A stretch of 64,000 nucleotides of DNA, taken from positions 49,330 through 113,329 of IMG/VR virus record IMGVR_UViG_3300020037_002952; one strand, written 5' to 3'. The position numbers and the translations under genes were made by a program. Source of the DNA: a virus. Its lineage: Duplodnaviria; Caudoviricetes. Below are positions 1 to 11,000 of this stretch, piece after piece; positions within the stretch are counted from its first letter, which is position 1; the number at the start of each line of letters is the position of its first letter. A model generated the notes under the pieces. The model worked only from the letters and a program-made list of their open reading frames with translations. It was not told the DNA's origin and made no database searches.

Positions 1-1
1 C

Positions 2-913
2 CACAAAGACGAATATGAATGGCGCACCACAGAGACTCTTAATGGTCACTCTGAAATCCCGCTAGCAGCGACCTATGGTGAAGCTCCCATTGAGAAGGTT
101 TATAGTGATGAATTTGTAGAACTTGCTGCTTGGTACTACACTGAAGGCAGTTCAGATAGACGTGCAATCAACGGTGGATATTACAATATTTCACAGTCAC
201 CATCAGCCAATCCTAAAACAACACAAAGAATCAGAACTGTCCTCACCGCCCTATATGGCGACCCAGGCCCATTAGCGCGAGGAAAAAAGCTTGACCAAGA
301 TGCTGTAGACAAAGCGGTCGCATTGTTAAGTAATGGCTCACCAATCAAGAAAATTGCCTTGATAACAGGGATATCTCTAGAAACCATTCGACGATGGAAA
401 GTGGGAAAACGTACCCCCCCAACAAAGACGCACGCATGGACTGAACAGACCTACGAATCTGGCAAGTCTACTTTTGTTCTGGAAAAATCTATTGGTTTGA
501 AACTCCAAGAGGTAATTCAGACTTATGATAAAATCCCTAGTGCTGAGTTTCTCCTTTCTCTCACGGCTGGTCAGCTTGATCTTTTTATTGATACATGCCT
601 AAATGGTGATGGCTCACGCTACCAAAATTCAAGCGGCAATATACAAGAAGTTTTTATTCAAAAACACCATGAACGAATTGCTGCATTTGAGTTCGCCTGC
701 GTTCTGGCCGGACGAGCTTTCCACACTAGAGAACGTTCTGATTCTAGTGTTACAAGTTTACTTCGGACAAGTTCTACTAGTCCGGTTTCAGCTGCGAAAC
801 AGAGTGGGCGTCCCATTAAACAAGTTGACTATGACGATGTTGTTTGGTGCCCTCGCGTAAAACACGCCAACTTCTATGCTCGTCGGAATGGTACTGGCTT
901 TTTTACTGGAAAC
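2..913 (+). mobile_element. Intein (partial, N-terminus outside window) with LAGLIDADG-type endonuclease and an inserted HTH
   Basis: LAGLIDADG-like blocks ELAAWYYTEGS and FIDTCLNGDGS; block F/G VVWCPRVKHANFYARRNGTGFFTGN followed by Thr(+1) at 914. Confidence 0.85.
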
Positions 914-3900
914 ACCTATGAAGGTTACGGCGGACACTCTAACGCATTTACTTTTAAGTCTGTCCAAGAAAACCTCGACGATGAATATATTCTTCAAACT
1001 GGTACTTGGTTGATTGAATCAATCTCTGCCGGATCAGGTGGCGAACTTGTCTTAAATTGCAAAGACATGGGCAAACTTCTTATGGATCAGATTTGCTTTC
1101 CACCAACCGTTCCTGATGGTCTTTATCCATTAACACATTATCCAGAAGGCAAGTCAGTATTCGACTCTTTCTTCGGTGCTGTTCCAAAGGCTAGCATCTA
1201 TGTCTCGCCAGGTTCTATGGGTGAAATTCGTGTAGGTTATGAAAACTCTTCTTTGGACGAAGAGTTTGGCGTATATAACAAGAGCATCAATGGACATAAA
1301 CCGGCACATATTAAAGACGGCAACTGGACTACCTATGGATTATCTGAAGCCTATGAAGGTCCGGATGATGAAACTGTTTGGTGGGAATTTAACGTTGAAC
1401 AGGAAGTCAGCAAGCTAGTTATTAAGGGCTGGGCTGGTGGCTACGATTGTTGGATTTCCATGTCTAATGCTGATGATGAATGGCTTGGCACAACGAATGT
1501 TCCTGGTACTGGTGACGCCGTTATTCCGGCTGTCCAACACGTAAATATCCCGGTAGCTGTGCCGGATAATCAGGAACCACTTGTTAATATTGAGATCCCT
1601 CACAGATTTAAAGATTTGCCAGCTGGACCAGTCACAAAAACAAAGCTCTTCATTAATAAGATTAGAATTTCATTTAGACATCTCTATTACTCAGGTATCC
1701 CAGATGCTGATGACCATCAATATCGTGGTGGTATTCGAGATCTTCAATTATTCCGTGAAGGGAATAAAGTCGATGAGTTTACCGCAGGACCAGATAGCGT
1801 TCCTTGGACTTTTGCTATGGGAGCACACCCAACAAGAGGTTATTGGATTATTGATTATAACGGTACCGTTTATGGTTTCGGTGACGCCGCTGACTACGAT
1901 TCTTCAGCATGGGGTCCGGTTCCAATTCATACTGCCCACGCTAGAAATCAAGCCATTGCCATCGAAGGCCATCCATCTGGTAAAGGTTATTGGGTCTTAG
2001 ACCGAATGGGTAATGTTTATGCTTTTGGTTTAGCAGAACATCACGGTGACTATGAAATTGCTTGGCCTGGCGGTGAAATTTGGGGCGAGTATAGCACTAT
2101 TGCCGTTGGTCTAGCTGTTACTCATACTGGTGAAGGTTACTGGATTTGTTTCTCTAATGGCACAATCAAAGGCTTTGGCGATGCTGTAACTTCTGGCACC
2201 CCAGCAACAATCCATCTTCCAACAACAACTCTCACACAATATATGGATGCGTATACTGCCGACAGAGAACCATACAATTATTCAGTTCAACATAAAGCAA
2301 GAGCCATTGCTGCCCACCCAACTAAAATTGGCTTCTGGGTGACTTCCGGTTCTGGTGAAATCTTTACTTATGGCACCGACATGCATCAGTATGGTCAATT
2401 AAAGAACCGTGTTTACAATAAGGGTATGGCCAACACTTTCGAGCTCGGATCTGAAGAGTTCGCTACAGCGCTTGAGTCAACAAAAACTGGTAATGGTTAT
2501 TGGATTACTTTTGGTTCTGGTCATATTGCGGCATTCGGTGATGCTGTTAAACAGGGGCCGACTTATATTTGGCCAGTAAACAATGCAAACTTTGATGTGG
2601 CTATTGATGAAACAAATATCTTTGATTGGAGTTTCTATAAAGCTATCGTTTGGAGTATGGCAAGAGATCCTGATGGAACTGGTTTCTGGGTTCTTCTGGC
2701 GAGCGGTGACATTAAATGGTATAACGCAGAATTCTGGGGACAACCAGGATACACTGGGTTGACTGGCTATCGTTGGCATGATGGTTCGTTCGACGGAGAC
2801 TATACGAAAATTATCAAAGAGCTACTTATGTGGTCTGGCTTTACTTTCTATGATGCAACACTAGAAGACGATGAAGCTCCATCAGTTTATGGCGCTCTTG
2901 AATCAACTGGCATTAAAACCGACACTTATCTTGAAGCTGATAAATTCGATAAGCGCCCCATTCTTGACATCATTAAAGAGTTGTGTGAAGTTGTGGCGTA
3001 CAGATTTAGAATTCAAGAAGATGGATCGGCTTACTTAAGTTCGCCCAATCTTTGGAGCGCCGGTAACTTCGATATTGATGGACAAAGAATCTACGTTGAA
3101 GAAGGTACTTACAATAGGGTGGATAAGACTGATCCTGATGCCATCCCATTTATTCCCGTAATTGACGAAGAGGTTGACCTGTTTAACTACGATACAACCC
3201 TTGGCTCAGAATCAATGCGATCTGAGATTATCATTGGCACCGATCAACCAGATCCCAAAAACCCAAAGATCACTGGTTTCGTCCGCCATACTCCAAGATC
3301 TGGTAGTGAAGAAATCCGGCCAGGAATCAAAACTCTCCGCAACATTCCTCGGGTGGGTCTATGGATTAGCCAACTCTTCACGAACAAAGAAGAAGCGAAA
3401 CTTATGGCTGAACTTATCAGCATTAACGCATGGTTTGCTGAGCGAACTTCTTCGGCAACAATTGTAGCCAACCCTGCACTATCGCTTGGAGATCAAGTGA
3501 AGTTCATTGAACGAAACACTGGGGAGTTCAACATTCACTATATCAGCGGACTTAACTCAAATAACGATCTTGACTCTGGCGTTTGGACAATGAACACAAC
3601 GTCACATTGGCTTGGAGACAAAGATAACTGGGTTATTACAGCAAACAACTCTGATGCACCAGGGCCGACTCGTAGATGGCTGGAAGTCTCAGAACGTGTT
3701 GACCGTTGGCAAATCGCCACTAATAGAGAACTAGATAAGGGAGCGAAAGCGAACGGATCTGTCTCTAATATTGCTGAGTTTGATGGTGAGTTTGAGGGTG
3801 GTTCAATTATTGAAAAAGAAAGTTGGACATTTACTGGCAACCTGACTCTACGTAAACGTCTATTACAAACACCAATAACAATCGAGGCGTTGTCACCACC

Positions 3901-4171
3901 TCTTGGTACCGAGATATTTGTTCTCATCCACGATGTAACAGACTTAGCTAATCCTGTTATTTTCCAAAGACTCAATAGCGTTAGTGAAATTACTTATCTT
4001 CCAGCACTTGGAGTTAACGGTCAAACTAAAGAATATGTAGTTAAAATACTTGGGACAACAGTTTCCCCTGGCAACGGAATTTTAAGATTCTATATCACAA
4101 TTGATAACGAAATTGAACTGTCTGCTGCCGATACATTACTTGTGATCAAAGAACCTCCCGAGCTAACCTAA
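2..4171 (+). CDS. Large tail/baseplate-type structural protein with an intein (5' end outside window); C-extein has GYW...FGDA beta-propeller-like repeats
   Basis: Frame is open from base 2 (HKDEYEWRTT...), upstream of the tracked start at 323. Repeats include HPTRGYWIIDYNGTVYGFGDA, HPSGKGYWVLDRMGNVYAFG, GEGYWICFSNGTIKGFGDA and GNGYWITFGSGHIAAFGDA. The C-terminal ANPALSLGDQV motif resembles phage tail hub proteins. Confidence 0.7.
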   Translation, partial: HKDEYEWRTTETLNGHSEIPLAATYGEAPIEKVYSDEFVELAAWYYTEGSSDRRAINGGYYNISQSPSANPKTTQRIRTVLTALYGDPGPLARGKKLDQDAVDKAVALLSNGSPIKKIALITGISLETIRRWKVGKRTPPTKTHAWTEQTYESGKSTFVLEKSIGLKLQEVIQTYDKIPSAEFLLSLTAGQLDLFIDTCLNGDGSRYQNSSGNIQEVFIQKHHERIAAFEFACVLAGRAFHTRERSDSSVTSLLRTSSTSPVSAAKQSGRPIKQVDYDDVVWCPRVKHANFYARRNGTGFFTGNTYEGYGGHSNAFTFKSVQENLDDEYILQTGTWLIESISAGSGGELVLNCKDMGKLLMDQICFPPTVPDGLYPLTHYPEGKSVFDSFFGAVPKASIYVSPGSMGEIRVGYENSSLDEEFGVYNKSINGHKPAHIKDGNWTTYGLSEAYEGPDDETVWWEFNVEQEVSKLVIKGWAGGYDCWISMSNADDEWLGTTNVPGTGDAVIPAVQHVNIPVAVPDNQEPLVNIEIPHRFKDLPAGPVTKTKLFINKIRISFRHLYYSGIPDADDHQYRGGIRDLQLFREGNKVDEFTAGPDSVPWTFAMGAHPTRGYWIIDYNGTVYGFGDAADYDSSAWGPVPIHTAHARNQAIAIEGHPSGKGYWVLDRMGNVYAFGLAEHHGDYEIAWPGGEIWGEYSTIAVGLAVTHTGEGYWICFSNGTIKGFGDAVTSGTPATIHLPTTTLTQYMDAYTADREPYNYSVQHKARAIAAHPTKIGFWVTSGSGEIFTYGTDMHQYGQLKNRVYNKGMANTFELGSEEFATALESTKTGNGYWITFGSGHIAAFGDAVKQGPTYIWPVNNANFDVAIDETNIFDWSFYKAIVWSMARDPDGTGFWVLLASGDIKWYNAEFWGQPGYTGLTGYRWHDGSFDGDYTKIIKELLMWSGFTFYDATLEDDEAPSVYGALESTGIKTDTYLEADKFDKRPILDIIKELCEVVAYRFRIQEDGSAYLSSPNLWSAGNFDIDGQRIYVEEGTYNRVDKTDPDAIPFIPVIDEEVDLFNYDTTLGSESMRSEIIIGTDQPDPKNPKITGFVRHTPRSGSEEIRPGIKTLRNIPRVGLWISQLFTNKEEAKLMAELISINAWFAERTSSATIVANPALSLGDQVKFIERNTGEFNIHYISGLNSNNDLDSGVWTMNTTSHWLGDKDNWVITANNSDAPGPTRRWLEVSERVDRWQIATNRELDKGAKANGSVSNIAEFDGEFEGGSIIEKESWTFTGNLTLRKRLLQTPITIEALSPPLGTEIFVLIHDVTDLANPVIFQRLNSVSEITYLPALGVNGQTKEYVVKILGTTVSPGNGILRFYITIDNEIELSAADTLLVIKEPPELT

Positions 4172-4180
4172 GGAAAACTT

Positions 4181-4576
4181 ATGCAAAACATTAATCAATT
4201 CCGCAAGGTTCTTGCCAATGAGCAAACGAGAGCGGCTGATCTTCAGACTGTAAAAAGTGATGTAGCTGTAGTCCCTGGAAGAGTCATGATTAACAATGCT
4301 GGTGAGGCATATGTTGATGTAAACTTTCCGGTAAGGTTTATTACTCTCCCAAATTTCACGGCAGGGTTCGAAATCTTAGAGGGACAAGGAATTATTGAAG
4401 GCCAGATGCCGACAGCTTCGGCTCACGTTTCTGAATGGAAAACTATCGAGCGCCTTCCATTAAGCGTGTTTTATACTGGAGCAAAAATTCAAGTCGTAAC
4501 AATCGGCCAGTTCTATCAGAAAATGATTCTCAATTTTTCTTTCACTGGAACCTCTATCACGAATCCGAGTCTTTAA
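4181..4576 (+). CDS. Hypothetical protein, probably tail-associated
   Basis: 131-aa ORF with AAGGA RBS directly after the tail gene. Confidence 0.6.
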   Translation: MQNINQFRKVLANEQTRAADLQTVKSDVAVVPGRVMINNAGEAYVDVNFPVRFITLPNFTAGFEILEGQGIIEGQMPTASAHVSEWKTIERLPLSVFYTGAKIQVVTIGQFYQKMILNFSFTGTSITNPSL

Positions 4577-4577
4577 T

Positions 4578-5009
4578 ATGAAGGTATATCCAACCAACAA
4601 TCTCGTTCCTGTCAACTCAAAACAGAGACAACCAGAATCAATAACTATCCCTGTATTCAACTTTATGGGGATTCTAGATGATTCCTCGTTGTCGGATAAA
4701 TGGTACCCTTCCACAAACATCAAAATTACTGGTGGTTACGTTGCTACTACATCAACAGGGATTGATAACAACGAGTTCTATATTCTCCGAGGCAACATCT
4801 TTGAACAGAATATTGAGATAGGTGTTGCAACAATGGCTGCTGGCGATAACAAATCTACGTTTCAAATGAACAACATTGATTACCAGACAACTCCGCCTTA
4901 TCCTCAGGCAAACATTATGACGCCTTTTGATTACTTAACTATCTGGGCGGCTTTTCCATCAGAGCATGGTGGCATCACTGTTCAAATCTTTGGAGAGAAA
5001 GTTAATTAA
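4578..5009 (+). CDS. Hypothetical protein, probably tail-associated
   Basis: 143-aa ORF tightly coupled to the previous gene; beta-rich composition. Confidence 0.55.
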   Translation: MKVYPTNNLVPVNSKQRQPESITIPVFNFMGILDDSSLSDKWYPSTNIKITGGYVATTSTGIDNNEFYILRGNIFEQNIEIGVATMAAGDNKSTFQMNNIDYQTTPPYPQANIMTPFDYLTIWAAFPSEHGGITVQIFGEKVN

Positions 5010-5016
5010 AAGCGAG

Positions 5017-5045
5017 TTGACAAATTACATTTCATATGATATACT
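5017..5045 (+). promoter_or_regulatory. Sigma70/SigA-type promoter, probably leaderless mRNA
   Basis: TTGACA-N17-TATACT with TG extension; ATG at 5052 sits at the expected transcription start. Confidence 0.8.
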
Positions 5046-5051
5046 ATTTTC

Positions 5052-5510
5052 ATGACTGAAATAGTAGAGCGTTTAGAAAAGAGGTTGCCTCAAGCTCCTC
5101 GTGAAGAAATTATTGGTATCGCCAATATTCTTGAACGCTATGAGATTACTCCGACAATCGAAGCTCTTGATGGAAAAGGGTACTTGTTTACTGACTTAAG
5201 AGGAAGAACTGCAAGAGTTCGTGCTGGAAGTTACAGAGGCCAAACTCTATATATAGAAGATCCACTGTCAGACGTAGCTGTTATAATGACTGAAGGACTT
5301 ATGGCTGGCTGGATCGAAACAGAAAAGTTAGAAAATTTAGATGACAGATTCGCCGTTAAGCTAGGGAACTTATACCCACTCCCAGATATATTTTCATTTG
5401 ATCAACAATGTGGACATCTTCAGATTCACGGAGGGTTTTATAACGGCATCGATTGGATTTGTTTTGGATGCGAAAGAGAGTTAGTATTTAATGACAAACG
5501 CAGAGTTTAG
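5052..5510 (+). CDS. Hypothetical protein
   Basis: 152-aa ORF downstream of the promoter. Confidence 0.6.
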   Translation: MTEIVERLEKRLPQAPREEIIGIANILERYEITPTIEALDGKGYLFTDLRGRTARVRAGSYRGQTLYIEDPLSDVAVIMTEGLMAGWIETEKLENLDDRFAVKLGNLYPLPDIFSFDQQCGHLQIHGGFYNGIDWICFGCERELVFNDKRRV

Positions 5511-5724
5511 CTTCTTGATGAAATTCTTAAGAGAAAGATCTGAAATTTCCGCTAGAGAATTATCTTCAAGAGCGGGACTTTCTGCAAGTTACGTGAGTAA
5601 GGTCGAATCTGGTTCAGTCCTTCCTACGATAGAATCCTTCTCTAAGCTTATCTCAGAACTAAATGTAACAGATATGGAAATAGTTTATTTGATTAAACTT
5701 TTAACGAAAAAGGATATCTCTTGA
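5491..5724 (+). CDS. XRE-family HTH regulator
   Basis: LRERSEISARELSSRAGLSASYVSKVESG matches HTH_3. Confidence 0.9.
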   Translation: MTNAEFSFLMKFLRERSEISARELSSRAGLSASYVSKVESGSVLPTIESFSKLISELNVTDMEIVYLIKLLTKKDIS

Positions 5725-6536
5725 AAATAAGTCCATCTCAAGCGAAGCGTTGGGGCTCATGCTCACTCAGCGCTAAATACACTTATGTTGACAAGATCGG
5801 CGAATGGTCAACTGGATCTAGCGCTCACTTTGGCTCATCGGTTCACTCTGGTCTTGAGCTATTTCACAAGGGAGGAACTGAAGAAGAAGCGATCGAAGAG
5901 TTTTCAAGATACTTTAATTCAATCGAACCTGATTACTGGAACAGAACAACATCTTACACAAAGTTTAAAGATGCTGGTCCTAAGATGATTAAGGAGTATA
6001 TTGAATCTTATAAATGGACAACTAAAGTTACTCTTGGTGTTGAGCTTAGATTTATGGTTGACTTTGGCGAGCATCAGCTTAGCGGGATCGTCGATCATCT
6101 TTATACTGACCCAGATTATTCCAAGCTTGTAATTTCAGATTTGAAAACTGCCGCCAAACCAAATATGGATACATTACATCTTGATGTCCAGTGGACTTCT
6201 TATGATTGGGCTAGTCGTCAAAAAGAATTTTGGTGCGGCTATCCCGGCGAGGAAGAAAAATATACTGGTATAGAAAATGGCGAAGAACTCTGGGAGATAT
6301 TTAAAGACAAGCCAAGAGAAAACATTTGGTATGATCTCAGAAAGAATAAACCAATTAACGTAGGTGATCGAGGTGATCTTGATTATGGTAGACTTTACAG
6401 GTTGGTTGAACAGATTGCTAGAGCCATAGAGTTTGAAGTCTATGTTCCAAGTATTAGTCCGGATAATTGTTTGTGGTGTGACCATAAACCAATTTGTCCA
6501 GTCTATTTTGAGAAGCCAGTAGAAATAAATAAATAA
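5721..6536 (+). CDS. PD-(D/E)XK Cas4/RecB-like exonuclease
   Basis: SPSQ...C, GSSVH, GIVD, DLKT and a C-terminal CLWCDHKPIC Cys cluster. Confidence 0.85.
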   Translation: MKISPSQAKRWGSCSLSAKYTYVDKIGEWSTGSSAHFGSSVHSGLELFHKGGTEEEAIEEFSRYFNSIEPDYWNRTTSYTKFKDAGPKMIKEYIESYKWTTKVTLGVELRFMVDFGEHQLSGIVDHLYTDPDYSKLVISDLKTAAKPNMDTLHLDVQWTSYDWASRQKEFWCGYPGEEEKYTGIENGEELWEIFKDKPRENIWYDLRKNKPINVGDRGDLDYGRLYRLVEQIARAIEFEVYVPSISPDNCLWCDHKPICPVYFEKPVEINK

Positions 6537-6552
6537 CACAGAAAGAAGATAT

Positions 6553-7524
6553 ATGACAGTTACAATTCATAAAGCAGGGATAGATGATGCACCCAAAGGC
6601 GTTAGAGCCGTTTTGGGGACGGTTTCAGGGCTCGAAGCCACTAAGTGGGGGCTTGGTAGCAAGAATGCTCTTTGGGCCGTTACAGGGGCTGTGAGCACCC
6701 AATTAGCAAAGGCTGGAGCTAAGTATGTAAAGATCAATGATGAAATGGATCTTTATCGCCTTAAAGTGGCCTTAACTGGAAATGCCGAAGAAAGAGAAAA
6801 GAAATTTGGCTTCCCGGTCGATACATTAATTATCAGTAATCTCAGCGTTCTCCAAAGAACGTTGTTATCGAATCGCCTCGAAAACCAAAAGAGAGCAGAA
6901 ACAAACTACGATGATTGGTCGTGGCTAAGCTCTCGGCTCAAGGCAGTCTACGAAGGGATTAATGAACTAGAAGTAAACATCCTTACTATTTGTGACGTGA
7001 CAAATGTTCACGAAAGTACAGAGGTTAAACTTGACATCCAAGGAGAGTTTTGCAATCGGATTCATGAACATGTTGACTATAGTTTGTATCTTGGGATTGG
7101 TGAAGAGTATGCGTTGTTGCCTGAGGAAGTTAAAACAAGCATGGAGGGTAACGAGCTTATCATTGATGCCAGCCAGATAACTGGTTATACTTATATTTCT
7201 ACACGACCAACTAGAAATATTCCTTGGGTCCAAGATGACACAGAAACTTTGAATGAAACCATCGACTTGACAAATAGTGGATCATTTGATACACTTATTG
7301 AAGCAAGAAAAAATCTAACTCTAGCGGACTCATCAATTTTAGAAATTGAAGAGTCTGAACCAGAGGAAGAAACAGTAGCTGAGACAGAAGAAGTTGAAGC
7401 GCCTCTAAAAGAGGAAACACCTGTAGAAGTGAAAAAAGATGAAACTGTTCCCGGTATGACATCGACAACAGACATCAAAGCACTTCTAGCCCAAAAAAGA
7501 AATAGCATGAAAGGAAATAACTAA
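6553..7524 (+). CDS. Sak4/AAA_24-like recombination protein with degenerate Walker motifs
   Basis: Lies between exonuclease and SSB; DTLIISNLS, DDWSWL and LDIQG segments resemble AAA_24; no GKT/S. Confidence 0.5.
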   Translation: MTVTIHKAGIDDAPKGVRAVLGTVSGLEATKWGLGSKNALWAVTGAVSTQLAKAGAKYVKINDEMDLYRLKVALTGNAEEREKKFGFPVDTLIISNLSVLQRTLLSNRLENQKRAETNYDDWSWLSSRLKAVYEGINELEVNILTICDVTNVHESTEVKLDIQGEFCNRIHEHVDYSLYLGIGEEYALLPEEVKTSMEGNELIIDASQITGYTYISTRPTRNIPWVQDDTETLNETIDLTNSGSFDTLIEARKNLTLADSSILEIEESEPEEETVAETEEVEAPLKEETPVEVKKDETVPGMTSTTDIKALLAQKRNSMKGNN

Positions 7525-7525
7525 T

Positions 7526-8008
7526 ATGGCAGCAATTGGATTTTCACAGCCAACACAAACAAACGATGAGGAAAAGGAGAAGAAGGAATTCAAGCCTATT
7601 CCCGAGGGAACTTATAACGCTCAGGTGTTATCTGTCGAACATCGTTTCGTTGATAAGGAAGTTTGTTATTGGAAGAAGTATGACGAGGAAATCGTTTTCG
7701 AGTTTGTAATCACTGATGGTGACTACGCTAAGAGACGTTTCTGGAAAGATGTCCCGGCCTATTTGACCGAGGATTCCAACAATCGTCTTCGACTGTATCT
7801 ACAGGAAATCATTGGGATTAATAAGCTTCCCGATGACTTCATGTTCGATCCAGAAGAGGGTGAGCTTGTCGATGCTCTTTGTCGCATCAGAATCAACCAG
7901 TACAAAACAAAGAAAGGCGAAACCAGGAACGGCGTTGAAGATGTTCTAGGTGCGCTCGCTAGTCAGTATAAAGGGTCCTCAATCCAAGAGGCTGACGATT
8001 CGTTTTAA
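7526..8008 (+). CDS. Single-stranded DNA-binding protein (DUF669-like)
   Basis: FKPIPEGTYNAQV, FVITDGDYAKR and an acidic C-terminus ending DDSF. Confidence 0.75.
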   Translation: MAAIGFSQPTQTNDEEKEKKEFKPIPEGTYNAQVLSVEHRFVDKEVCYWKKYDEEIVFEFVITDGDYAKRRFWKDVPAYLTEDSNNRLRLYLQEIIGINKLPDDFMFDPEEGELVDALCRIRINQYKTKKGETRNGVEDVLGALASQYKGSSIQEADDSF

Positions 8009-8038
8009 ACGATCCCTATAGTAAGATGAGTAAGTAGA

Positions 8039-8074
8039 TAAGTGGGTCTTGGGTTTAGATCCAAGACCCACTTA
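8039..8074. terminator. Perfect 14-bp inverted repeat (terminator or processing hairpin)
   Basis: TAAGTGGGTCTTGG-N8-CCAAGACCCACTTA between SSB and primase. Confidence 0.65.
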
Positions 8075-8099
8075 CGTTTAAAAGGGAGAGTGTAAAAAG

Positions 8100-11000
8100 T
8101 TGGATATCGTAGAATATCTAGAGGAAAAAGGTTGCGAAGTCCGTCCAGCCGGTTCCGGAAACGTAAGAACTAAATGTTTTTTCCACGGAGAAGAAGGAAC
8201 GAATCAAGGCAGACTATACATCAACATAGAAGACCCTGACAAAGAAGGATTATTTTTCTGTTTTAGATGTCAAGAACGTGGTAACATCAATAAGATTCGT
8301 CAGCACTTTGGCGATCCAGCAATCAAAACCACTGCGGTTGAGTCAGATAATCCAATCTATGAAACAGCAGCAAAGTATTATCATGAAAGACTTTTCGAAA
8401 ATCCAGAGGCTTATAGATACCTCACAATGGAACGTGGCCTAACTGATGAAACAATTATTCAGGCAAGACTCGGCTGCGCTGATGGGGGCCTCTCCAATCA
8501 TCTTCTGGCACAAGGATATGTTCCGGAACTTATCAAGGACAGCGGTCTTGTAAACGCTTATGGACAGGATTACTTTCACGACAAAGAGATCATTTTCCCA
8601 TACTTAAAATTTGGACGTGCGGTTCAATTACGTGGCAAAAAGATCGGCGGCATAACAAAGGGTCTACAGGGCGTACAGACAATGCTGTACGGTACAGACT
8701 CAATGATTGGCGAACAAACCGTGATGCTGGCGGAAGGCGAATGCTTTCCTGGCGACGCCCAAGTTCTCACTAGGGATGGATGGGTATCTTTTGAAGATCT
8801 CGGAGATCAGGAAGTTGCTCAAGTCGATGAATCGCTACAAACAACATTTGTAAAGCCAATAGCAAAAATTGAAAAAGAATTTAATGGCGATCTGGTTGAA
8901 TACAGCAACTCTCAACGTTTTTACTCCTTGACAACCCCCAAACACAATATGGTCGGATGGCGAAAAGTAAATGGCAAAAGGGCATGGGCGAAACGAACCG
9001 CAGAAGAAGGGTTCCCCCATAACTACTCTACCCCAAGAATTGGTCTTATTGATGGGCCAGGGGTTCCAATTTCTAATACACAAATCCGATTTGCTCTTGC
9101 CGTAGCGGCTGACTTTTCTATTCGAGAAGGGGTAGGGTCACGCTATGTCCATGCTGGATTCCAAAAAGAGCGGAAGATTCTAGCAATCCAAGAAATATTG
9201 GAAGAGTTGGGGATTCCGTATAAAACTGCACCATACAAAACGAAAAAGGGAATCTATATACATTTCCGTTTACCAGACAGTTACTCAGACCCAGAAAGTC
9301 CGCTTTATGTAAGCAAATTACTGTCTTGGTCTTGGATCTCAGAAATGAGTTTAGAGCAAAAAGAATTTGTTATTCGGGAACAGGCTTTTTGGGACGGGAA
9401 CCATGTACGAGATCGCAATCAATTAGAATTTTCTTCAAAACATTACTCTGAGGCAGAGTGGATGCAGGCAATGTCTTCAACCGCTGGCTACTGTTCAACA
9501 ATCATGCCCCGTTCTAACCAATTTGGCGATTGGTATAAGGTTAGCATTCTTCTGGACAAGCAAACCACTAACTGGTTATCGCTTAACAAATCTAAAAAGT
9601 ACGTTCCCTACAGCGGACAGGTGTATTGTGTGACGGTCCCATCAGGAATGATTTTAGTTAGACAGGATGAATGTGTTAGCGTTTCCGGCAATTGCGATAC
9701 GCTCACTCTTCATCAAATGGGATTTACTGCGGTAGGCTTACCGGGAGTTCATACTTGGAAAGACGAGTGGACCGAAGACTTTGAAGATGTTAAACGAGCG
9801 TATATTATCTTTGATCAGGATGCTGCCGGTCGTTCTGGCGCAGAAAAACTTGCTGGCAAACTCGGCCCCAAAGCAAGAATTGTCGAACTTCCCAAAAAAG
9901 GAATTGATATTAACGATTGGTATGTTAAGTACGGTAAGCAATCAGAAGATTTTGAGTTCCTGTTCAGCAAAGCAAAAGGCGGGATGCTTATTACTGTAGA
10001 GATGTCTTATGATCGTTGGCTAGAAGTAGAAGGCAATGATCATTTAGCTGGATTAAGATTCAATATCGCTCCTCTAGATAAAGCTATGGGCTATGGAATG
10101 CTCCCTGGGCAAGTCCTAACAATCATGAGTCGTACAGGTTCTGGAAAGGGCCACCCACTAGACACTAGGGTGGTCACACCTAATGGTGTACGTTATTGGG
10201 GAGATCTTAAGGAGGGTGATTATATCTATGGCAGTCAAGGTCAGCCTACTCAAATAACAAATATCTATGATCGAGGAATCTTACCAACTTATAGGGTTTC
10301 GTTTACAGATGGAACCAATGTTTTATGTGATGGAGATCATATCTGGAATGTCCACAAAGATACTTGGAAAGATCGGTTCGATTTCCGAAATAAAACAACC
10401 TCAGAAATCTTAAAAGAGGGTATTTTGACCATCAAACATGGTGACAGAAATTCCTATAGGTTTAATATTCCGCTTACTCAGCCTATCCAATTTCCCAAAA
10501 AAGATTTGAAAATCGGGCCGTATACGATGGGAACTCTTTTGGCTAACGGGCATTTGAGTGGGACTTCTACTGACTTCAGAACTCCAGACGCAGAAGTTGT
10601 CGAACGCATTATTAAAGAAGGTCACGAAGTCAACTCAACTAAGCAATATGAAAATACTTGTCAAGGATATAGAGTTATTGGAGTAAGAGATTTTGTCCGT
10701 CAATACAAAGTTGACGTTAAGTCTGCGGATAAGTTTATCCCAGAGGACTATCTTTTTTCCTCGGTGGACGATCGGATAGCTTTACTACAAGGACTTATGG
10801 ATGGAGATGGGACTAATTTAGGAGTCACTCAAAAGGTTGCGTACTGCACTACTTCTCATCAATTGGCGTTGGATGTTATTCAATTAGTAAGATCCTTGGG
10901 CGGGACAGGAAGATATACTTGTTTGAATAGAGTCGGGGATAATGGTAAAGCATACAAAGATATTCATGTATCAATTATGATGTCAGAAAATATTCCACCT

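Noticed and set aside
5721-6536. CRISPR-Cas locus
   Set aside because: The Cas4-like nuclease is in a recombination operon; no repeat-spacer array or other cas gene was seen.
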